From Verrucomicrobiales bacterium (GTDB taxonomy: Bacteria > Verrucomicrobiota > Verrucomicrobiia > Limisphaerales > UBA9464): 64,000 nt of DNA. The position numbers and the translations under genes are program-made. The stretch spans positions 1,612-65,611 of the forward strand of contig JAIXUV010000208.1 of the NCBI GenBank assembly GCA_027483345.1. The letters run 5' to 3'. Under the pieces are notes generated by a model. The model saw nothing but the letters and a program-made list of their open reading frames with translations. It did no database searches and was not told the origin of the DNA. The stretch's first letter is position 1. The number at the start of each line of letters is the position of its first letter. Below are positions 56,723 through 64,000 of the stretch, one piece after another.

Positions 56723-57640
56723 GTGCCCACTACCCCGCCAGATTCACGGTGGCTGCAACCGGCTGAGATCCGGCCTTTGCCGGCCGGATTCGTCAGGCGT
56801 GTGTTGGCGCTGCTGGTGACCTGCGTCGGGTTGAACGCGGCCGGGTTACGCGCGGACGGCCTCCCGGCCAAAACACCCCAAGCCGCCTCGGGTGCGACGA
56901 ACCCAGCCGCTCCGGCACCCCTCGAGAAGCTCCGGTTTCCCGGGGTGAACATCAACGTCGAGGAGCGGTGCGTGGATCTGGAGGGGGCGGTCTGCCTTCA
57001 TCGGGGCGCGCTGGAGTTGGTGGCGTGCAGCAAGGGAACTAAGGAGCACGAGTCCATCGTCGCGATTGCGGCCAAGCCCATGCATGTGCACGCCGCGCTC
57101 CTGCTGCTGGGGGCCAAGCCGGGTAGCCCGGCCACCCGCGAGCCGCTGGGTGATCCGCCCATACGGTGGTTGGATGTTCCACCCAAGGGGGGGGCGGTGG
57201 ATGTCTTTCTGGTGCTCCAGGGCGATGGAGGGAAGTGGATCGAGCATCCCATCAGTGCCTTCCTCGTCCCGGCCCGCAGGAGGTCCGGAGCTGCCGTCGA
57301 GGGGAATGCCCAGCAGCGGTTCCCGACGCACACGTTCGTCTTCGCCGGATCGGTGTTGCAGGACAACGGGTCGGGTCCGCGCCGATACCTCTGCGACGAA
57401 AGCGGGAACCTGATTTCCCTCTCCACCTTCGGCGACGAGGTGCTTTGCCTGCCTGCGATCCACAGCCAGGAGAACGAGGCGCTGCCGTGGCAGGTCGACC
57501 CGACTCTCCTGCCTCCCGTCGGCTCGAAGGTCACCCTGCGTCTACGCCCACAGCCGGTTCCCGCCGCGAAGCCCCCGAAAGCCAACCCTTCAACCCCGAC
57601 TCCCGGCCCGGAGGGAGTGCAGCGCAGACCGATCCCATGA
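56723..57640 (+). CDS. secreted YdjY-like domain protein
   Basis: GALELVACSKGTKEHESIVA resembles the YdjY-domain family common in PVC bacteria. Start uncertain (GTG 56723 or about 56799). Confidence 0.45.
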   Translation: MPTTPPDSRWLQPAEIRPLPAGFVRRVLALLVTCVGLNAAGLRADGLPAKTPQAASGATNPAAPAPLEKLRFPGVNINVEERCVDLEGAVCLHRGALELVACSKGTKEHESIVAIAAKPMHVHAALLLLGAKPGSPATREPLGDPPIRWLDVPPKGGAVDVFLVLQGDGGKWIEHPISAFLVPARRRSGAAVEGNAQQRFPTHTFVFAGSVLQDNGSGPRRYLCDESGNLISLSTFGDEVLCLPAIHSQENEALPWQVDPTLLPPVGSKVTLRLRPQPVPAAKPPKANPSTPTPGPEGVQRRPIP

Positions 57641-60087
57641 AGCTGACCCTCCCGTTCCATTCCCTGACCTCGTTCGTCGCCGCCGCGCTGTTGGCGGTTC
57701 CCCACGGCGTCTTCGCCGCGGCGCCGAGAGGGCGTCCGGCCATCCCCGATTTCATCCGGAACGAGCCCATTCCCGCCGGCGCAAAGCATGACTGGAACCT
57801 CGGGCCTACCGGGCTGAGGGGCTGGATGTATTGCGACCGGATGGTGACCACCGAGGCGCGGCAGATCTCCGTCACCCGGGTGGAGAAGGGGTCCCCCGCC
57901 GAGGGCTCCTTCGTTGTCGGCGACGTCCTCCTCGGGGTCGGGGGCAAATCGTTCTCCCGCGACCCGCGCACCGAGTTCGGCAAGGCGATCACCGCCGCCG
58001 AAACGGAGGCGGGTGGTGGCCATCTGACAGTGACCCGCTGGCGGGCGGGCAAGACGGAAGAGGTCGTCGTGAAGCTGCCGGTTCTCGGAAGCTACGGGGC
58101 CACGGCGCCCTTCGACTGCCCGAAGTCGAGACGCATCCTGGATCAGGGGTACAAGGCGTTGGCGGCAAAGGTGGCGAAGCCTCGATCGCAGGACGATCCC
58201 ATCGTCCGTTCCATCAATGCGCTGGCCCTTCTCGCCAGCGGCGACCCCACCTTTCTCCCGCTGGTCCGGAAGGAGGCGCAGTGGGCGGCCTCCTTTTCCG
58301 AGACCTCGATGCAGACCTGGTATTACGGCTACGTCATGCTGCTGCTCTCCGAGTATGTCCAGGTCACCGGAGACGTGTCGGTGATGCCGGGCCTGAGGCG
58401 TCTCGCGTTGGAAGCCGCCAACGGTCAGAGCGCCGTGGGTTCCTGGGGACACGGCTTCGCGAAACCCGACGGCCGCCTGGGCGGCTACGGGATGATGAAT
58501 TCCCCGGGCCTGCCGCTGACCATTTCCCTGGTCTTGGCGCGCGAGGCCGGCGTGAAGGATCCCGAGCTGCCCCGCGCCATCGAACTCAGCGCCCGCCTGC
58601 TGCGGTTCTACATCGGCAAGGGTGCGATCCCCTACGGCGATCACCACCCTTGGATCGAGAACCACGAGGACAACGGCAAGTGCGGCATGGCCGCCGTCCT
58701 CTTCAACCTGCTTGGCGAAGCCGAAGGAGCGGAGTTCTTCTCCCGTATGGGCGTCGCCTCCCACGGACCCGAGCGCGACACGGGTCACACCGGCAACTTC
58801 TTCAACATCCTCTGGGCGATGCCGGGAGTCGCCCAGTCCGGGCCGAACGCGACGGGGGCCTGGATGCAGGAGTTCGGCTCCTGGTACTTCGACCTCGCCC
58901 GCCGCTGGGATGGAACGTTCTCCCATCAGGGTCCTCCGGAACCGGACAATGACAGCTACGAAGGCTGGGACGCGACGGGCGCCTACCTGCTGGCGTACTC
59001 GATGCCCTTGAAGAAGATCAACCTGACCGGCAAACGCCCGGGAATCGTCCCGCGGCTCGACGCCGCGGGGGCCGAGGCGCTCATCCTCGACGGCCGCGGT
59101 TGGGACAACAAGGACCGCTACAGCGCCTACGACAAACTGGGCGAGGCTCAACTTGTGGAGCGACTCGGCAGCTGGTCGCCGGTGGTCCGCGAGCGGGCTG
59201 CGATGGCGTTGGGACGGCGCAAGGACGTTTCCATCGAACCCCTTGTGAAGATGCTCGGGTCTCCGTCGTTGGAGTCCCGCTATGGCGCCTGCCAGGCCCT
59301 GATCGCGCTGCAGGGACGAGGAGCACCGGCCATCGAAGCCCTGGGTGGGTGTCTGACCGAGAAGGACCTCTGGCTGCGCATCAAGGCCGCAGAGGCGCTC
59401 GCGGCGATGGGGCGTCCGGCCATGAAGACGGTTCCCAGGCTGCTGGAACTGCTGGCCGAGGTGGATCCGAAGGGGGACCCGCGCGGCATGCAGCAGCGGT
59501 ACCTTTCCTTCGCCCTCTTCGACAGTGGCGGGATGCTGGGACGATCGCTGGATGGCGTGGACCGCAAGGCGCTATACGAGGCCGTGCGGGCCGGGCTCAA
59601 GAACCAGGACGGACGCGCCCGTGGCAGCATTGGATCGGTCTATCGGATCCTTTCGGCCGAGGAGATCCAGCCGCTGCTGCCGGCCATCTACCAGGCGATC
59701 ATCGAGCCGGCCCCGAGCGGTGAGATGTTCGCCGACACCATCCGCGTGGAGGGGCTACGCCTCTTGGCCAAACATCGGATCGAGGAGGGGATCAACGCCT
59801 GCGTGCGATACACGCGCGACCAGAATCCCTGGGCGAGCGAGCATCGGACGCCGGAATTGATGGAGATCCTCCTCAGCTACGGCACCCACGCCCAAGCGGT
59901 CATCCCGGAGCTGACGCGGATCGGCAACTACTTCGAGAAGGAGGAGAAAGACTTCCCCAGGAACCTGATGCTCAAGAAGGCGAAGAGCGTCCGTGAAACG
60001 ATTCGGGCGATCGAGGCTTCCACGAACACACCGGTCCTCAGTCGTATTCAGAAGGAGGCCGACCGCGACAAGGAAGTGGTCAGGTGA
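57637..60087 (+). CDS. secreted multidomain protein: PDZ-like region, alpha/alpha-barrel-like middle, C-terminal HEAT repeats
   Basis: Signal peptide MKLTLPFHSLTSFVAAALLAVPHGVFA. HEAT/PBS-lyase repeats (SPVVRERAAMALGRR, LESRYGACQALIAL, LWLRIKAAEALAAMG). ATGA overlap with the upstream gene. Confidence 0.65.
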   Translation: MKLTLPFHSLTSFVAAALLAVPHGVFAAAPRGRPAIPDFIRNEPIPAGAKHDWNLGPTGLRGWMYCDRMVTTEARQISVTRVEKGSPAEGSFVVGDVLLGVGGKSFSRDPRTEFGKAITAAETEAGGGHLTVTRWRAGKTEEVVVKLPVLGSYGATAPFDCPKSRRILDQGYKALAAKVAKPRSQDDPIVRSINALALLASGDPTFLPLVRKEAQWAASFSETSMQTWYYGYVMLLLSEYVQVTGDVSVMPGLRRLALEAANGQSAVGSWGHGFAKPDGRLGGYGMMNSPGLPLTISLVLAREAGVKDPELPRAIELSARLLRFYIGKGAIPYGDHHPWIENHEDNGKCGMAAVLFNLLGEAEGAEFFSRMGVASHGPERDTGHTGNFFNILWAMPGVAQSGPNATGAWMQEFGSWYFDLARRWDGTFSHQGPPEPDNDSYEGWDATGAYLLAYSMPLKKINLTGKRPGIVPRLDAAGAEALILDGRGWDNKDRYSAYDKLGEAQLVERLGSWSPVVRERAAMALGRRKDVSIEPLVKMLGSPSLESRYGACQALIALQGRGAPAIEALGGCLTEKDLWLRIKAAEALAAMGRPAMKTVPRLLELLAEVDPKGDPRGMQQRYLSFALFDSGGMLGRSLDGVDRKALYEAVRAGLKNQDGRARGSIGSVYRILSAEEIQPLLPAIYQAIIEPAPSGEMFADTIRVEGLRLLAKHRIEEGINACVRYTRDQNPWASEHRTPELMEILLSYGTHAQAVIPELTRIGNYFEKEEKDFPRNLMLKKAKSVRETIRAIEASTNTPVLSRIQKEADRDKEVVR

Positions 60088-60131
60088 ACACGGTCAGTTG
60101 AACAGACAGGGGATGCTCGGGAGGGGGGAAT

Positions 60132-60223
<92 letters not shown>

Positions 60224-60306
60224 GCGGCCCGCGGAGAGTGGAGGAACCGCCGGGCAGACCGCAACGGGTTTTTGTGACGGGCCTTCCAGCGGTCTGCCCG
60301 CGGGGC

Positions 60307-60573
60307 TCAGTTCGGCGGCGTCCAGGCGCCAACAGCGCCCTTGCCCGGGGCCTTGGCGATGGGTTCGTCGGTCGGATCGCTCAAGGACCGGAGCACGGCT
60401 TCCGCACGGGTCGATTGGCCTTCGCCGAGATGCCGGAGCGCCGACCGGAAGGCGTCCAGGCGGAAATCCGCGTCGCCCTCCGCCCGGTCGACGCGGTCGA
60501 GGAACGCGGCGATCTCGATCAGCTTGCAACGGGCGTCCATGAAATAGAGGTCGAGCACCTGCTGGCGTGTCAT
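60307..60573 (-). CDS. small conserved hypothetical protein (88 aa)
   Basis: MTRQQVLDLYFMDARCKLIEIAAFLDRVDRAEGDADFRLDAFRSALRHL has a normal helical composition. Function unknown. Confidence 0.45.
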   Translation of the reverse strand: MTRQQVLDLYFMDARCKLIEIAAFLDRVDRAEGDADFRLDAFRSALRHLGEGQSTRAEAVLRSLSDPTDEPIAKAPGKGAVGAWTPPN

Positions 60574-60710
60574 GGGGACAGGATAGGCCGGGACGGACCG
60601 GTTTGGAAGGGGACGCCTTCGCCGTGGGTGTCGCGGATGGGTCGGCGTGGAATGGCGGTGGGGATTTTCCGGTGTCGCCGACGCGGTGCCGCTGCTAGAC
60701 ACCCCGTGCT

Positions 60711-61520
60711 ATGTCCGGACTCTCCATTGGATTCCTCGGTGCAGGGAAGATGGCCACCGCCTTGGGCAAGGGTTTCGTGTCCGCCGGCCTGGTCGGTCCG
60801 GACCGCCTGCTCGCCAGCGACCCGATCAAGGCCGCCCGGGATGCGTTCGCCCGAGACACCGGCGGCAAGGTCAGCAATTCCAACTTCGACATCGTCGCCG
60901 CCGCGGACGTCCTTTTCCTCGCGGTGAAGCCGGATCAGGTCGCCGGGCTTCTCAACGAACTGCGCCCGAACATCGACGTGAAGAAGCACCTGGTGGTCTC
61001 GATCGCGGCGGGTGTGACCCTCGCCCGCATGGAGGCGGCGGCGGCTCCCGGAACGCGGATCGTCCGCGTGATGCCCAACACGCCGGCGCTGGTCGGCGCG
61101 AGCGCCTCGGCCTTCGCCACCGGTTCCGCCGCCACGCGGGCCGACGCCGAGACCGCCCAGAGGCTGCTGGGATCCGTCGGTCTCGCCATGGAGGTGAAGG
61201 AGAAGCTGCTCGACGCCGTGACCGGTGTCAGCGGCAGCGGACCGGCCTACGCCTTCATGATGATCGAGGCGTTGGCGGATGGTGGCGTCGCGGCGGGGCT
61301 TCCCCGGGACATCGCGCAGCGGTTGGCCGCCCAGACCTTGCTCGGAGCGGCCAAGATGGTGCTCGAGACCGGTCAGCATCCCGGTGCGCTGAAGGACGCG
61401 GTCTGCAGCCCCGGAGGAACCACCATCGAGGCGGTGCATGAGCTGGAGAAGGGGGGGCTGCGGGCCACCTTGATCTCCGCCGTCCGGGTCGCCTCGGACA
61501 AGGCCGCCCGGCTCGCCTGA
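60711..61520 (+). CDS. proC: pyrroline-5-carboxylate reductase
   Basis: IGFLGAGKMATAL, RVMPNTPALVG, AVTGVSGSGPAYAFMMIEALADGGV, SPGGTTIEAV. Confidence 0.95.
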   Translation: MSGLSIGFLGAGKMATALGKGFVSAGLVGPDRLLASDPIKAARDAFARDTGGKVSNSNFDIVAAADVLFLAVKPDQVAGLLNELRPNIDVKKHLVVSIAAGVTLARMEAAAAPGTRIVRVMPNTPALVGASASAFATGSAATRADAETAQRLLGSVGLAMEVKEKLLDAVTGVSGSGPAYAFMMIEALADGGVAAGLPRDIAQRLAAQTLLGAAKMVLETGQHPGALKDAVCSPGGTTIEAVHELEKGGLRATLISAVRVASDKAARLA

Positions 61521-61553
61521 GTCCGGTCCACGAACTGCATTCCGATTCCTCCC

Positions 61554-62849
61554 ATGCTCCCTCCACCGACCGAGACCCAGTCCAGGATCCTCTGGTTCGC
61601 GTTCACGTCGGTCGCCGTCGCCGCGATCTTGGCGCTGCTCGGCGGGGTGGTGTGGAGCCTCGGGGTGTTGCTGCGCCTGCTCTCCCCGGTGCTCTGGCCC
61701 CTGGCGGTGGCCGGTGTGCTGGCCTACCTGCTCGATCCCCTGGTCGACCTGCTCGGCCGACGCGGCATCCCCAGGGCCCGGGCCATCCTGCTCGTCTTCG
61801 TCACCGCGCTCGCATTGATGGTGGGCGCCTTGGCCAGCGTCGTTCCCCAGATCTACCGGGAGACCCAGCAGTTCGCGGTACGGGTTCCCGGCTACAGCCA
61901 GAAGGTGCAACAGCAGGTCAACTCCTGGGCCACCAACCCGCCTGTGCTGGTTCGGAAGGCGCTCGACCTCCGCTCGCGCTTCCTTCCCGGCGCCTTGAAG
62001 GACACCAACGCCGCGGCCGCGAACGCCCTCGACGCGGCGCCAAGGGATTCCTCACCGCACAATTCCGAAGGCGGCCCGGCCATCGATCCGGGAACCCTGA
62101 AGTCCGCCACCACGTGGCTGGCGAACCTCCTGCCCGAGGCCGGCGCCTGGGCCTTCGGCCAGGTCAGCAAGGTGTCCGGCTGGTTCGGCATCCTCGCCGG
62201 CCTCGCGCTGATCCCGGTCTACGCGTTCTACTTCCTCCTGGAGAAGGACGGCATCGAACGCCGCTGGACCGACTACCTCCCGGTCCGCCACTCGGAGTTC
62301 AAGGACGAGCTGGTGTTCGTGCTCCGGTCCATCAACGACTACCTCATCGTCTACTTCCGGAGCCAGGTGCTCGTGGCCCTCTGCGACGGCGTCCTCTACA
62401 CCATCGGGTTCCTCATCATCGGGCTGCCCTACGCGTTCCTCATCGGGCTCGTGGCCACGGTGATGACCATGATCCCGTTCCTCGGCGCGATCGTCACCTG
62501 CGGCGCCGCGGTGGTCATCGGCTTCGCCACCTCCGGCAGCTGGCAGCTGCCCGCGGGGGCCGTGGTCGTGTTCGCGGTCGTCCAGGTGATCGAAGGACTC
62601 GTCATCTCCCCCAAGATCATGGGCGAACGGGTCGGCCTCCATCCGCTCACCATCATCATCGCCGTCATGGTCGGAACGAACGTCATGGGCGGCGTCCTCG
62701 GAGGCGTGCTCGCCATCCCGCTCACCGCCGCCCTGAGGGTGCTGATGTTCCGCTATGTCTGGCGCGTGCCGGCAACCGCGGAGAAGGTGGGCGCGAAGGC
62801 CGGGACCAAGCCGGCCAAGGGCTCCGCGAAGCCCGCGGCCGCGCGCTGA
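61554..62849 (+). CDS. AI-2E family transporter (PerM-like permease)
   Basis: 7-8 TM helices. IPFLGAIV and VIEGLVISPKIMGERVGLHPL motifs. Confidence 0.8.
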   Translation: MLPPPTETQSRILWFAFTSVAVAAILALLGGVVWSLGVLLRLLSPVLWPLAVAGVLAYLLDPLVDLLGRRGIPRARAILLVFVTALALMVGALASVVPQIYRETQQFAVRVPGYSQKVQQQVNSWATNPPVLVRKALDLRSRFLPGALKDTNAAAANALDAAPRDSSPHNSEGGPAIDPGTLKSATTWLANLLPEAGAWAFGQVSKVSGWFGILAGLALIPVYAFYFLLEKDGIERRWTDYLPVRHSEFKDELVFVLRSINDYLIVYFRSQVLVALCDGVLYTIGFLIIGLPYAFLIGLVATVMTMIPFLGAIVTCGAAVVIGFATSGSWQLPAGAVVVFAVVQVIEGLVISPKIMGERVGLHPLTIIIAVMVGTNVMGGVLGGVLAIPLTAALRVLMFRYVWRVPATAEKVGAKAGTKPAKGSAKPAAAR

Positions 62850-62978
62850 GGTTGAACATCCGTGGGTGTCCGCGAGTCGTTGACCCGGGGAACCCGGCCC
62901 GGAATCCGTGATCGTCCAGGAAGGACGATTCCGTTCGGAACTTCCGTTTGGCTTCCCACCCACCCCATTCCATAGTCC

Positions 62979-64000
62979 ATGTCCATGAAAGTCCGGATGT
63001 CGCGCTGGTCCGCCCTGCTGGCCTCGCTGCTGTCCCTGGCCGTCCTCGCGGACCAGCCCGGGGCCGCAACCAACCCTCCCGTCCACCTGGGGACATCGGA
63101 CAGCGGGGTCCTGCCCTCGAAGTTCACGGCGCCCAAGACGCTGGCGCCCGAGGATTCCAACGGCGAGATCGCCAAGCTGGCCGCCCGGATGATCGAGCGC
63201 TCCCACTTCCTGCGGCGCGAGTTCGACGACGGCGTCTCCGAGCAGTTCTTCGAACGCTTCTTCGAGGCGCTCGACCCGCAGAAGCTCTATTTCCTCCAGT
63301 CCGACTACGAGGAGTTCCTCCCGCTGAAGAAGCAGCTGGACGAACTGACGGTCCGCCGCGGCGACACGCGTCCGGCCTATGACGTCTTCAACCGCTACCT
63401 GCAGCGCATCGACCAGCAGTACGCCCTGGTGATGGAACAGCTTAAGGAGGAACGGTTCGAGTTTGACCGCGACGTCCGGATCCTGCTGAACCGGAAGGAC
63501 GCGCCGCGTCCGAAGTCGGTCGAGGAGGCCCGTGGTCTTTGGAAGGAGCGTCTGCGGTTCGAATACCTCTCCGAGAAGCTCAGCCGCGACTTCGACAGCC
63601 TTTCCACGAACCTGTGGACGAAGCTGACGACCGAACCCGATCCGGAGCCCGAGGTGGAAATCCCGGCGATCCCCGCGGCGGGCGACGCCCCGTCGACGGC
63701 CGCGACCAACAAGGTCGCCACCGCCAAGCCTGCGGCCGCCCCGGCGCCGAAGCCGTTGATGGTGGGTGGCAAGAAGGTGGCCGACCTGCATCTCGCCGGC
63801 CTGGAGAAGCGCCTCGGCGAACTGCTCAACACCAACCGCGCCGCCGAGTTCGCGCGCCTCGCCGAGCAGGGCCGGTTCACCTCCGTCTCCGACGTCCGGG
63901 CCTTCGTGGAGAAGAACCTCCCCGAGGACCGGCACCAGGACATCGTGAAGACCCTCACCCGCCGTTACAACCGGGTGATGCGGAACCTCAAGCAGTTCGA
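62979..64000 (+). CDS. prc: tail-specific (C-terminal processing) protease, N-terminal part; continues beyond the window
   Basis: Not in the ORF track because there is no stop in the window. The translation MSMKVRMSRWSALLASLLSLAVLA...IAKLAARMIERSHFLRREFDDGVSEQFFERFFEALDPQKLYFLQSDYEEF matches the Prc N-terminal helical domain. Confidence 0.75.
   Translation, partial: MSMKVRMSRWSALLASLLSLAVLADQPGAATNPPVHLGTSDSGVLPSKFTAPKTLAPEDSNGEIAKLAARMIERSHFLRREFDDGVSEQFFERFFEALDPQKLYFLQSDYEEFLPLKKQLDELTVRRGDTRPAYDVFNRYLQRIDQQYALVMEQLKEERFEFDRDVRILLNRKDAPRPKSVEEARGLWKERLRFEYLSEKLSRDFDSLSTNLWTKLTTEPDPEPEVEIPAIPAAGDAPSTAATNKVATAKPAAAPAPKPLMVGGKKVADLHLAGLEKRLGELLNTNRAAEFARLAEQGRFTSVSDVRAFVEKNLPEDRHQDIVKTLTRRYNRVMRNLKQF

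Noticed and set aside
57187-57194. G8 homopolymer inside the YdjY-like gene, and G7 runs at 44101-44107 and in the tRNA-Ser T-arm.
   Set aside because: In about 68% GC coding DNA, such runs (here encoding K-G-G) are expected by composition. There is no contextual reason to invoke phase variation, unlike the tract in the AT-rich ORF at 816-823.

Overview
This GC-rich window is probably from a Verrucomicrobiota/PVC-type genome. That guess rests on PEP-CTERM, YdjY-like and prenyltransferase-repeat secreted proteins and on gene content; it is inference only. The window splits into two parts.

(1) Positions 1 to about 20.1 kb form a mosaic defence island built on a type I R-M system. hsdM-hsdS (6809-9444) is separated from hsdR (16416-19796) by about 7 kb of toxin and nuclease genes: a single-HKD PLD protein, a long RES-domain protein, a GIY-YIG nuclease, a RES/Xre(DUF2384) pair, a second PLD protein and a GmrSD-like type IV enzyme. 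Upstream lie a second hsdM truncated before its catalytic motif, an AT-rich orphan ORF, and a 1,240-aa AT-rich gene encoding WD40 repeats, a Roc-type GTPase, a COR-like region, a zinc ribbon and a calcineurin-like metallophosphoesterase. I consider this ROCO-like sensor/switch/effector gene the best candidate for an undescribed immune system. AT-rich single-gene cassettes alternate with GC-rich R-M scaffold. The hsdS 3' end is duplicated around the first PLD gene. A 50-nt tRNA-Thr 3' fragment marks the right island border. No integrase, transposase or CRISPR array is visible.

(2) Positions 20.1-64 kb look like core genome:
- ispH, nusA-infB-rbfA-nrnA-truB, prfB (no frameshift), ftsY, nusB, thiH, phzF-like and moxR genes
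- a porin/PBP/MCP operon
- an epimerase and a GT2 glycosyltransferase
- a cusCBA-like efflux operon
- a trio of secreted proteins
- tRNA-Ser(GGA), proC, a perM-like transporter and a partial tail-specific protease

Many long ORFs in the track are GC-driven antisense artefacts and are not called. All family assignments come from motif reading by eye; no database search was run.
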